A stretch of 64,000 bases of DNA. Source: Myxococcales bacterium (GTDB lineage Bacteria; Myxococcota_A; Polyangia; Polyangiales; DASUME01). Shown here piece after piece: positions 9,378 through 18,770 of this stretch (the stretch's first letter is position 1; every line of letters begins with the position of its first letter). The notes under the pieces were generated by a model. That model was not told the DNA's origin and made no database searches. It saw only the letters and a program-made list of their open reading frames with translations. The position numbers were made by a program, and so were the translations under genes. The DNA lies in the NCBI GenBank assembly GCA_047601445.1, contig JASGJH010000001.1, positions 4,000,001 to 4,064,000 of the forward strand, read 5' to 3'.

Positions 9378-10616
9378 TCAGTTGGTGTCGCACGCCGAGA
9401 GAGAGCGCACGCCCTGCCCCGCCGCGTTGGCTTCACACAAGTTGGCGTATTGCTGGTTGTTGCACCCGCACACGGGCAAGTAGATGTCGTCGCAGCCCTC
9501 GGGGCGTGGCAGGCACACGGCAGTGGCGTCGGCGGATCCGCAGCTCCAGCCTGGCATATAGGCGCAGTATTCATCGGCGCCGCATGGGCCTCCCTCGAGC
9601 CCGCCGCATCGCTTGTACTCGATCTGCTCGCAGCCCGCGTACTCCGTCTCGCACGCCTCCATCGTGGCAAAACTGCGAGCGCAGTCGGGTCCCTCGCAGG
9701 TGCAGCTAGTCTGGGCCTTACACGTGCCCGACTCGCGATAGAAGCGTGCGGGGGACGGCGCGCAGCGGCCATCGATGGTCACGGCCTGCCCCCAACAGAA
9801 CTTCGCGGAGAGCTCGCAACACAGCCCCCCTTCGATGAAGCCGTCGATCGTCCCCAGCGCCTCGCGTCCTGGACCACAGCCAGCGTCGAGCAAGCGGCCG
9901 TCGCCTGGATCGGCAAGCGCGATGCCACCCGCGGCCTGGCACGCCTCCAGCGTCAATAGCGGCAGGTCCGAAGGATCGAACGACCTCACGTCCCAAGTCG
10001 CAACCGTGGGCCCCATGCCCACGGCGCTGCCCGTGGTGAACTCCTCCGAGATCGAACCGGAGAACGCATCGCTGCCCAGGTTCAGCCCGAAATACACCGC
10101 CGAGAGCTTCCCGTCCTCGGTCCCCTGCCGCACGTAGTCCCCGTGTAGCTCGCTCGTCTTGAGGTGAACGTACGTGCTCAGCGAGCCGCCCTCGCCACAG
10201 CCGCCCTCGAAGGCCACGTGCGGAAACTGCTCGTCCACCCGCCCGTCGGTGGTCTTCACGCTCAGGCGAGACTCTACGCGCAGTCGGTCGTCGCAGTGAA
10301 CCGGAACGTCGAGCGTGAACTTGGGGTCCTGCCTGCTCTTCACCTTCACGACCTTGACCTGCGAGGTGCTCACCGCGAGTTCCGTGCTGGAGCCATCCCG
10401 CCACTGAATCTGGGCCTTCCGCTCGCCACTGGCGAGGTCGAGCAGCGCCTGGGCGTCTTTTCCCTCGAGGGTGGTCGCATCTGGGGTGACCGCGCTGGTG
10501 GTCTCAATGCAGCCCTGGCGAGCAAACGAGCTCTCCTCGTTACCTCCAGGTCCCTGCCCGCCCCCATCCCCGCATGCCACAGCCAGCGCCAAAAGTGCGA
10601 TCCACCGTGCTTCCAT
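9378..10616 (-). CDS. Lipoprotein with C-terminal Kazal-type and Kunitz-like Cys-rich modules
   Basis: Lipobox LAVAC; CDDIYLPVCGCNNQQYANLCEA (Kazal); CAPSPARFY..C..C.C...FATMEAC (Kunitz-like). Confidence 0.75.
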   Translation of the reverse strand: MEARWIALLALAVACGDGGGQGPGGNEESSFARQGCIETTSAVTPDATTLEGKDAQALLDLASGERKAQIQWRDGSSTELAVSTSQVKVVKVKSRQDPKFTLDVPVHCDDRLRVESRLSVKTTDGRVDEQFPHVAFEGGCGEGGSLSTYVHLKTSELHGDYVRQGTEDGKLSAVYFGLNLGSDAFSGSISEEFTTGSAVGMGPTVATWDVRSFDPSDLPLLTLEACQAAGGIALADPGDGRLLDAGCGPGREALGTIDGFIEGGLCCELSAKFCWGQAVTIDGRCAPSPARFYRESGTCKAQTSCTCEGPDCARSFATMEACETEYAGCEQIEYKRCGGLEGGPCGADEYCAYMPGWSCGSADATAVCLPRPEGCDDIYLPVCGCNNQQYANLCEANAAGQGVRSLSACDTN

Positions 10617-11071
10617 GACTTCTCCTGTGCGCCAGATTGTGCCACTCGCGAGGGCCGCAGGCCTCGCGGCGTCGCCTGGAGGGGGAGTCGAGCATTCGCC
10701 GTGCCAATACCTTGCTCAGGAGGATCCAGCGATGAGGATAGGGTCCGAGGGCTTCGCTCAACGCGTACAGCCAGCACTCATTGGTCTCCACTAGACCCAC
10801 AAGTCTCTGGGCGCCGTTCCTGGATCAACGCTGCGAGGTCTTCGTGCCGACGATTCGCCGCATGCACATTCGCCACGAGCCATGAAGCGAGCACGGCATG
10901 TGGGCGCTCTCCCTCGAAGCCCGCGTGCGACAACACCCGAAAGCCCGCGCGTTGGGTCTTGAGCTCGTCAGGAGCACTCTCGTCCTGCACCGAGTGCGTG
11001 CGCCGCCCGTTCTCGGCGGGATTGCACGCGCACGCGCAAGGGCCCCGCAACCCTGCACGTGGCGTGTCCGC

Positions 11072-11596
11072 TCAGAATGCAGAGTGTCCGGGCGTGCCGG
11101 CCGAGAGCTGATCGACGGTCACGCTGCCGCTCGACTCGTGGAGGCTCTCTGCTTGCCGGAGGATTTTCTTGGCAGCGGCGTGATCGGTGGAGGTGATCGA
11201 GATGTGCGTCATGTGGCCCTTGGAACGAACGGCGACGCTATCCACGCCCTGCACGCGCAACGGATCCACCGAGGCATCCGGGCCAGTGCCCTTTCGTGCA
11301 TGGCAGCTGAGCTCGCGCTGCATGTACGCGTCGTGCATGCCGGGCTGGGCGGGAATCTGGATCTCGGCGCCCGCGACGTACTCGGGCTGGATGGCGCGCG
11401 CGATGAACTCCTTGCGATAGAGCGCGCGGACCTTCTTGATGTTGCCGGGCGCATAGAGCGCCGCGACGGCGTCACCGCTCACGTTCGTGCAATCGACCCA
11501 AGCGAGCTGGGATGGCTGGGAGCGCTTTTGGGTCCCGGCGCAGGCGGCCAACAGCAGCACCGAGCCCAGGGCCAACGAGGCTGTCTTCGTACGCAT
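11072..11596 (-). CDS. Hypothetical lipoprotein
   Basis: MRTKTASLALGSVLLLAAC lipobox; AAAGGAG RBS; high GC3. Confidence 0.75.
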   Translation of the reverse strand: MRTKTASLALGSVLLLAACAGTQKRSQPSQLAWVDCTNVSGDAVAALYAPGNIKKVRALYRKEFIARAIQPEYVAGAEIQIPAQPGMHDAYMQRELSCHARKGTGPDASVDPLRVQGVDSVAVRSKGHMTHISITSTDHAAAKKILRQAESLHESSGSVTVDQLSAGTPGHSAF

Positions 11597-11788
11597 GGCT
11601 TCTCCTTTCTGGAGATCATTGCCAACTAAAGTCGTTGATGTTTCTCAACTGTTTCTAGCGTACCGACTGGGCTGGCGCCGACAAGGCTCATTTCGCAAAT
11701 TCTGGCCTACTTTCCAGCAGGTATCCAAACGCGTCATTTGGAACCCCGCCGAAATCAGGAGGAAAACGCGAGTTGCTTCCCTAGAGGG

Positions 11789-12562
11789 ATGCGCCTGACC
11801 CACCGCCTCCATGGGCTGAGCAAGGCCTCCTTCTTTGGCGTCACCTCCGCCGCCGTCCATGGCGGGCTGGCGCTGGCGTTCCCGACGTTGCCTCCCGCGG
11901 CCGAAACAGCGCCAACGCCCACGGTGGTTTGGCTGACTGCGGCGGACACGGGGACGGGGGCCGGCGAGCAAGAGAGGGCATCTTCGATGGCGCCCGCTTC
12001 TACACCCGCTCCTGTCGCGGCTCATGCGCCACGCCGTCAGCATAAGGTCGAGCGCGTCGCGCATCGCGTGCCCACCGACGAGGTCAGCCCGGCCCACGCG
12101 CGCGAAAGCACGGAGGAGCAGCACGAGCCAGCCATCGCATCGAACCTCTCGAGCGAAGAGGGCACCTCCGACGTCGGTCCATCAGCTGCGGCTGGCAATC
12201 TCAGTGGCCTCGGATCGGGCGCTGGAGCGGCCACGGGCGCCGCGGGTGATGGTACGACGGGTACGGGCGCTGGAGCAGGCCTCGCGCATGGACCTGGTCT
12301 CATCGCGCGCGGCAGCCCCTGTCATCGCTACTTCCCCGTCAACGCGCGTGCCGACGCTGGTGAAGTGCAGATCGAAGTGAGCGTGGACGAACACGGACGC
12401 GCCCACGCCAGCAACGTGCTCGTCGAGATGCCCAAGGGACATGGCTTCGCGTCGGCTGCCAGCGCCTGCGTCGCAGAGCTGCGCTTCGATCCCGCACTCA
12501 CGCAAGACGGCGCGCAGGTGGCAGGACGCGCGAAGCTGCGTCTGCGCTTCCGCCGCAGCTAG
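11789..12562 (+). CDS. TonB family protein (N-terminal anchor, low-complexity linker, TonB C-terminal domain)
   Basis: SAAVH anchor motif; YFPVNARADAGEVQIEVSVDEHG..GFASAA..RFDPA. Confidence 0.75.
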   Translation: MRLTHRLHGLSKASFFGVTSAAVHGGLALAFPTLPPAAETAPTPTVVWLTAADTGTGAGEQERASSMAPASTPAPVAAHAPRRQHKVERVAHRVPTDEVSPAHARESTEEQHEPAIASNLSSEEGTSDVGPSAAAGNLSGLGSGAGAATGAAGDGTTGTGAGAGLAHGPGLIARGSPCHRYFPVNARADAGEVQIEVSVDEHGRAHASNVLVEMPKGHGFASAASACVAELRFDPALTQDGAQVAGRAKLRLRFRRS

Positions 12563-12841
12563 GCATCTGTCCAACCAATTGTCGTCTGGGTCCATACGCG
12601 CGAGAGCTGTTACCGCGCCCACAGGCCCGTTGACATGTGGGACCGCGAGCCACACGAAATCGCGCCAAATTCGCGCAAAACGCGGCCCATTCGAGGCTTT
12701 CTTCGGAGCGCTCTGACCCGCGCTTCGCATGCGTGCGCTCTGTCCCGGAGCCGGCGCGCGCAACTTGTGTCCGTATTCGCGACATGCGGCCGGCGTTTTG
12801 TGGTTAGCCTGACCCGCCTTTCTCGCATGGAGCGCATCACG

Positions 12842-14842
12842 ATGAATCGACCCCTCCTGGGCTTCGGCTTGCTCTGCTCGTTCTCCCTCGCGTGCAGCGA
12901 TGCAGATCCAACGCCGGGCGAGTGTCATGACTGCACACCGCAGATGGACGCTGGCGATGCTGTCGAGGACGGCGGCAACATGCAGACTGGCGACGGGGAT
13001 TCCGACACGCCCACTCAGGATGCGGGCCTCGAGAACGACGCAGGAAGTGCACCGGATGCAGGCCACACCTGGCCCACGGGGCCGATTCGTCCGAGGCGCT
13101 TTCACATCGCCGATCCCACGGTGAAGCAAGGCCCGTGTGCGAACGGCGGGAACGGCAGCCTGACCGGACACGAGGTGTTGCTCGGGCAAACTCACCTGAC
13201 GCCCAAGGATTGGCCCTTTCAAACCGTGTCCGCGCAGCGTCCGCTCACGGTGGCCATCGCCGCTAGCGGCAACGGCGCCGCGCCGAGCTTTCAGGCCACG
13301 GTTCAAAAGGGGAGCGACAAGTTGGTGCTGTGTCTGGAAGGGCCGAGCACGCTGCCTGCAGACGCGAGTGATCTCGAGAAAAGCCTGTACCGCACCACGC
13401 TGCCGGCAGCGTGGGTGGTGCCGGGCATCAGCGTGCGCGTCGAGGGCCCGGGCGTCGACGAGACGCTGACACCGAGCGTGCAGCCGGAGAACGGACTCAC
13501 CGTGTACTACGTGCAAGCCAAGCTATTTGGCGCGGGAGATCCTGGTGATGCGCCATCCGATGCGCAGTGGACCGAATTCCTGGCACGCCTCCCGGTGAGC
13601 TTTCTCGACGTGGGCGTGAATCCCTTCGGTGTGTGGCAGCCGGAGAAGTTGCTGCTCAACGCGCGCGATGACGGGCGCACGCCGAACGGAGACACCACGA
13701 GTCACCCGGCCATCGTGATCGACGAGAACCCCCACTGCAGCAACAGCGACAAGACGAACGGCACCTGCACCACGCAGTCCGGCTACGGCGTGATGGCAGG
13801 TGTGCTGAACACCCTGGACACGTTCCGCGAAGCCAACGGCGTCGGCGGCAGCTCGACCTGGTTTGCATACCTGGCGGTGGCGCTGGGCGGCGGCCTCGCA
13901 GGAGGACAGCGCGGCACCGGTGACGACGCGGACCTCACGATGAACCACGAGCTCGGCCATGCCTGGGGCTTCCCGCACTGGGCGGCGGACGACACCGAGT
14001 ATCCCTACGAGGGCGTACAACGCGACCGCGGCGGGTTCGGCGACCGCTGGGGCTTCGATCAGGCGCGCAGCTTGTTGCTGTCGCCGCTCTGCAAGGGGCT
14101 CGAGCGCCAGAGCCCCATGCAACGCGCGGGGTCGTGCGTGCCGCAGGGGTCCTGGTACGACCCGTACTCCGACTACGAGGCCATGCGCCTGTTGCGAATG
14201 AACCTGGGCGCGAGCCAGGCCATCACTGGCAACGTGCCCTATCACGGCGGAACCGAGAATAGCCTCGAGCGGGCCTTCACACTGCAAAAGGAGGACGGTC
14301 GCGGGCATATGGAGTTCCACGCGGACGCGGCCGGCTTCACGCTCCAGCGCTTCGATGAGTCCACCCATGCGTACGAGGACGTCGCCCCCGACGACTGGAA
14401 CCGTGTGCTCGAATCCGAGGTCCCGGTGACCATGTTCGCCGGTGCGCTCATCATGGGCGGTGAGAACTTCTTCGAGAAGCCCGTGAACTACGTGGGCAAT
14501 GTGTTGGCCCACCTCAATCCCACGGTGAGCGAAGACTACGCGTACGTCTACGCGCATCGCTCGAGCGACTTCTACTGGGCCAGCGATCTGATGCTGCGCT
14601 TCACCTTGGACGACCAGACGAGCTTCACTCGGATGTACGGCGGCGAGGCCAAGCTGCGAGCCGCGGGTGATTTGGCGCGCTTCGCGTTCAATCTGCCGCA
14701 AGACGTGGGCAAGCGCGTGACCAAGCTCGAGATCTTGAGTCGCCCGCTCGGCCAGTACGACCAGAACTCACGTTTGAGTGCGAGCGACTCGGCCAGCAAC
14801 TACCTTCAGAACGCGACGGTGCTCGCTACCTGGAAGCCCTGA
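12842..14842 (+). CDS. M66 (StcE/TagA-like) zinc metallopeptidase lipoprotein
   Basis: Lipobox SLAC; HELGHAWGFPH (HExxHxxGxxH); GQTHL N-terminal motif; WGFD and SPMQ Met-turn region. Confidence 0.72.
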   Translation: MNRPLLGFGLLCSFSLACSDADPTPGECHDCTPQMDAGDAVEDGGNMQTGDGDSDTPTQDAGLENDAGSAPDAGHTWPTGPIRPRRFHIADPTVKQGPCANGGNGSLTGHEVLLGQTHLTPKDWPFQTVSAQRPLTVAIAASGNGAAPSFQATVQKGSDKLVLCLEGPSTLPADASDLEKSLYRTTLPAAWVVPGISVRVEGPGVDETLTPSVQPENGLTVYYVQAKLFGAGDPGDAPSDAQWTEFLARLPVSFLDVGVNPFGVWQPEKLLLNARDDGRTPNGDTTSHPAIVIDENPHCSNSDKTNGTCTTQSGYGVMAGVLNTLDTFREANGVGGSSTWFAYLAVALGGGLAGGQRGTGDDADLTMNHELGHAWGFPHWAADDTEYPYEGVQRDRGGFGDRWGFDQARSLLLSPLCKGLERQSPMQRAGSCVPQGSWYDPYSDYEAMRLLRMNLGASQAITGNVPYHGGTENSLERAFTLQKEDGRGHMEFHADAAGFTLQRFDESTHAYEDVAPDDWNRVLESEVPVTMFAGALIMGGENFFEKPVNYVGNVLAHLNPTVSEDYAYVYAHRSSDFYWASDLMLRFTLDDQTSFTRMYGGEAKLRAAGDLARFAFNLPQDVGKRVTKLEILSRPLGQYDQNSRLSASDSASNYLQNATVLATWKP

Positions 14843-14862
14843 ACGGATCCTGAGCGCGACAC

Positions 14863-15702
14863 CTACTGGAACGCGAGCTCCATGAGCATGCACTCCGGCG
14901 CACCCGCTGCGACGCGATAGGCCGCGGGATCGACGCCCTTGCTGACCACCAGCGTGTCGGCGGCGAGCGCCTGATCCCCGACCATGCAGGATCCCTGAAG
15001 GATCAAGAGCACGTTGGCCTGGAGATCGAGCGGCCCCGCTTGCGGCTTCACCAGGCGACTGCGCATGCCGCCGCTCTCGACGAGCGGCAGGGCGTAGCAG
15101 AGGCTCCCGTCCGCACAGGGCACGAACGGCAGCTGGGCGTAGTCCGCGCCGATCTTGACGCTCTCGTAGGGCACGATGTCTTCGGTGCGCTTGAAGTCCG
15201 GCGGCGCCGCGTACGAGAGCAAGAAGAGTCCCGAGCTGTCGAAGACGTTGTGGCCGCTGCCCGGGGGATTGAAATAGAAGCTGCCCTTGCCGTAGGTGCC
15301 CTTGGCGTCCGATTGACTGCCTTCGATCACGAAGATGGACTCGGTCTTGTCGTGATAGTGGAGCGGCACGGCTCCTGGCTTCCCTTCGGCGCCATACCAC
15401 AGCACGCTCACGTGACGTGACTCCGGTGTGCCGCTGAGGATGAGCTTCTTCACGCCCGGCCGGAAGTCGAACCAGTCGTAATTGGCCGTGTCACTACGCA
15501 GGCTCGAGAGCGCGATCACGGTGGCCTCGGCGAGTGCGCTCGGTGCCACGACGGCGGGCTCTTCGGCCATCTTCTCCTCCAGCTTGGCGGATGGTTCCTG
15601 GACTGCCTTGACCTGCGGTGCGGTGGCGCAGCCGCCCAGGGACATCCAGAGCCAATAGCCAAGGCACGCGACCCAGCTCGCCTCAGGCGCGACTTTCCCC
15701 AT
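14863..15702 (-). CDS. Cupin domain (ChrR-like) lipoprotein
   Basis: Lipobox LGGC; VPLHYHDKTESIFVIEG and FYFNPPGSGH cupin motifs. Confidence 0.75.
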   Translation of the reverse strand: MGKVAPEASWVACLGYWLWMSLGGCATAPQVKAVQEPSAKLEEKMAEEPAVVAPSALAEATVIALSSLRSDTANYDWFDFRPGVKKLILSGTPESRHVSVLWYGAEGKPGAVPLHYHDKTESIFVIEGSQSDAKGTYGKGSFYFNPPGSGHNVFDSSGLFLLSYAAPPDFKRTEDIVPYESVKIGADYAQLPFVPCADGSLCYALPLVESGGMRSRLVKPQAGPLDLQANVLLILQGSCMVGDQALAADTLVVSKGVDPAAYRVAAGAPECMLMELAFQ

Positions 15703-16069
15703 GTGTGAAGCCCTCTCCGTTGCGCACGTTCGGCGTGCTCGAAGGCCTATATCAGAGCCATCACGGCCACGCTGCTCGTGAACGAGGCCTCGCGCGCGCT
15801 CGCAGTGCGATTGCTGATGGCCCGTGTTTCTCGGCGGAAACGCGGGGCTTTCTCGTCTTTCTGGGCGCTGCGTTTTCACCTCTCCGAAAACTCGTCGCAA
15901 CGCTCGGCGAGGAGAGCATCGAGCGCGTGGCTTGGTCGCCAAGTGGACACGGCATGCGCCACGCTGCCGGCATACGAGGCCGAAGCCTGACTTCTCACAT
16001 GGCATTCAGGATGGCGCTACGTTCAGAGAAGTCGCCAGCCCGCTCTGAAGTTTGGTCTAATCCGTCTCG

Positions 16070-16483
16070 ATGAACGAACTCGCGAGAACGTCCCAAGCTC
16101 AAGCTGTCTTCTCCCACATTCTGCGCGCGTCGGCCTTCGCCGCGCTGCTCTTCTCGACTGCGTGCGGTGACTCCGGGAGTGACGGACCACCCGCGCAACA
16201 GGTGGAGGACATGTCCGGTCGCAGCTGCTCGGTCCAGGACGCGTTCACTGTGTCCTGTGATGTGGATCCGATGCCCACGGGCGGTTGTCAGACCGGCGAA
16301 ACGGCGTGCTTTCAGCTCGGAACCACGGGCGATGCTTCCGGGCCGGGCGCCATCTGCGCGGCCTGCTGCAAGGGCAATACGAGCCGCAGCATCGCCGCTG
16401 ATTGCGTCAATCTCGTCTGCTCCACGGCGGACGACTGCCCGCCCGAGTACGGCCGCTGTGTCAGCAGCATCTGTCGATACTGA
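16070..16483 (+). CDS. Small Cys-rich lipoprotein
   Basis: FSTAC lipobox; many Cys, C-terminal CSTADDCP..CVSSIC motif. Confidence 0.75.
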   Translation: MNELARTSQAQAVFSHILRASAFAALLFSTACGDSGSDGPPAQQVEDMSGRSCSVQDAFTVSCDVDPMPTGGCQTGETACFQLGTTGDASGPGAICAACCKGNTSRSIAADCVNLVCSTADDCPPEYGRCVSSICRY

Positions 16484-16835
16484 CTTGAAACCACGACAGG
16501 TCGCGCGACTCGCTGCCGTCTGCAAGCAGCCTTGCGCGTAAGCTCGATGCACGGCGCGTGAGTGTCGTTGGCGGTTGGACCTCTCGTTAGCGACCGCTGT
16601 TCGACCGAGTGCGCCAATCAGCGCTTCTGGAGGCAGCGTCAGCTCGCCGTGTGGCGGAGCGCGCCTTCGCGAGTGCGCCGTGCGCCCGCGCCGGCGCACC
16701 GAATTCCGTCCTTACGGCCCACTCTTGCGGATGGCTCCGTCGAGCCTACGAAGGGGAACATTACGGAGGCCCGAGCTCGAGACCGGCCGGGCGAGTGTGA
16801 CCGTCGCTTCATCGTCTATCCGCGGAGGAAGAATC

Positions 16836-17618
16836 ATGGGCATCGCTGGAGGCACCACGAGCACCGAAACGCGCAGCCCGGCCGGCCACCGCAAGCCCGA
16901 ACTCCTCGGTCAAACGGTCGCCGTCATCGGTGGCAGCGCGGGCATCGGCCTCGAGACGGCGCGACGCGCGCACGCCGAGGGCGCCAAGCTCATCGTCACG
17001 GGTCGCAACCACGAGCGCTTGCTGCAGGCGGCGCGCGAGCTCGACACGCTGAACACGGCGGCGTTCGACGCCAACAACGCGGCTCACCTCGAGCGCTTCT
17101 TCAAAGACTTGCCCTGCCGACTCGACCACCTGATGGTGACCGCGGGGAAACCTTACTACGCACGCCTGAATGAGATGGACTTCGTCCATGTGCGTCGTGC
17201 GATCGACGAGCACCTGTTGTTGCTCCTGCAGGTGGCTCGGCACGCGAGCGAAAAGATTCGACCGGGCGGCACGCTGATCTTCATGGGCGGCACGGGCGCT
17301 CGCCGCCCTGCCCCGGGGCTCTCGGTGATCGCGGCACTCACCGCGGCACTCCCGGCGCTGGTCCAAAATCTCGCCCTCGAGCTCGCCCCGGTTCGCGTCA
17401 ACTTGATCGCGGCTGGCTTCGTCGACACTCCGCTCTCGGCGGCGCTGCTCGGTGACCAGCTCGACGCGCGGCGCACTCAACTGCGCTCCACGCTTCCGAT
17501 CCAACGCGTTGTCATGCCTGCCGATGTGGCGGCCCTCGCCGTGCACTTGATGGCAAACACGGCCCTCACGGGCGCGACCTTCGACGTGGACGGGGGCCAG
17601 CAGCTGATCGTGAGCTAA
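16836..17618 (+). CDS. SDR family oxidoreductase (atypical, no YxxxK)
   Basis: VIGGSAGIG, LALELAPVRVNLIAAGFVDTP, TGATFDVDGG; GGAGG RBS. Confidence 0.9.
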   Translation: MGIAGGTTSTETRSPAGHRKPELLGQTVAVIGGSAGIGLETARRAHAEGAKLIVTGRNHERLLQAARELDTLNTAAFDANNAAHLERFFKDLPCRLDHLMVTAGKPYYARLNEMDFVHVRRAIDEHLLLLLQVARHASEKIRPGGTLIFMGGTGARRPAPGLSVIAALTAALPALVQNLALELAPVRVNLIAAGFVDTPLSAALLGDQLDARRTQLRSTLPIQRVVMPADVAALAVHLMANTALTGATFDVDGGQQLIVS

Positions 17619-17771
17619 GCAACCGCGGCCCCAGACCTTGGAAGCTAGCTCACCAGAAGTGCGTGGAAGAGCTCACCCGACGGAATTTTCCAACCACAGG
17701 CTAAAACACCCTCCATTCAACGGAGCGTCCCGGTTCCGGCCATTTCGTCTCGAACGCTTAGGAGGCGCGAG

Positions 17772-18272
17772 ATGAAAATCACTGGAAAGAAGTTGGTGTT
17801 GTCCCTCTGGCTGTGCGTCGCGGCGCTCATCGTCGCGCCTGCCTGCGGAAGCAGCGGCGGCGGTGCCAAGGAAGCCAGCAGTGCCTTGACCAACGACACC
17901 GACGACGATGCCGACGGCGAGATCGACGAGGCCGGTGAGGGCACCGACAACGACGAGGACGGCAAGACCGACGAGGCCGGCGAAGACGCTGACGACGGCG
18001 ACGACAACGACAGCGACGGCGAGGTCGACGAGGCGGGCGAGGACTGCGACGAGCACGGCGGCGAGCACGGCAAGGGCGGCGACGACGACGACGGCGTCGA
18101 TGATGACAGCGATGGCCGCATGGACGAGGGCGGAGAGCACGAAGGCAAGCACGGCGACCACGGCGGCGATCGCGGTGACGACGACGGCGACGACGAGGAC
18201 GACGCGGACGACGACGACGACGAGTCGGACGACGACGACGCGGACGGCGGCGCAGAGTCCGACGACGACTGA
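17772..18272 (+). CDS. Highly acidic Asp/His-rich lipoprotein with DxDxDGxxDE repeats
   Basis: Lipobox APAC; repeats DDDADGEIDE, DNDEDGKTDE, DNDSDGEVDE, DDDSDGRMDE; AGGAGG RBS. Confidence 0.8.
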   Translation: MKITGKKLVLSLWLCVAALIVAPACGSSGGGAKEASSALTNDTDDDADGEIDEAGEGTDNDEDGKTDEAGEDADDGDDNDSDGEVDEAGEDCDEHGGEHGKGGDDDDGVDDDSDGRMDEGGEHEGKHGDHGGDRGDDDGDDEDDADDDDDESDDDDADGGAESDDD

Positions 18273-18318
18273 GGCCCGGAGAACCCGGCGAGCGCTGGCG
18301 AGGGGCTACACTCGGCCC

Positions 18319-18731
18319 ATGGAAGACTTGACCTTCAGCGCTCCCGGACTCCTGTTCCCGGCCATCTCTCCCTGCTCATGCTGGCCTACACGAATCGCTT
18401 CTTGGGCCTGGCCGGCGTGGTCCGCAACTTGATCGCCAAGTACCGCGAGCACCACGACGCTCCGACCGCGGCGCAGGTGGCGAGCCTGCGCCATCGGCTA
18501 CACCTCACGCGCCGCATGCAAGCGCTGGGTGTGCTCTCCTTGAGCCTGTGCGTGGCCTGCCTGTTCGCGCTGTTCTTCGATGCGCAGTTGATCGGACGTT
18601 GCCTGTTCTCGGGGGCGCTCTTGCTGATGTTGAGCTCGCTGGTGCTCTCTCTCCACGAGATCACATTGTCGGTGCACGCACTGGAGATCGAGATCTCGAG
18701 CGTGCTTCCTCCGGAGCAGTCCCAGCCCTGA
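18319..18731 (+). pseudogene. DUF2721 family membrane protein with frameshift
   Basis: MEDLTFSAPGLLFPAIS joins LLMLAYTNRFLGLA only if 2 nt are removed from GCCATCTCTCCCTG (about 18364-18372). Confidence 0.78.
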
Positions 18732-18770
18732 GTCGCTTCCAATGACAAGCCGACCCATCGGCAGCGTTGC

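Noticed and set aside
10716..11050. Small peptide MRIGSEGF.. after AGGAGG and a 90-aa minus-strand ORF
   Set aside because: No recognisable motif or clear codon bias; cannot be supported without homologs
17673..18161. Very hydrophobic minus-strand membrane protein
   Set aside because: Antisense reading of the Asp-rich lipoprotein (GAC becomes GTC)
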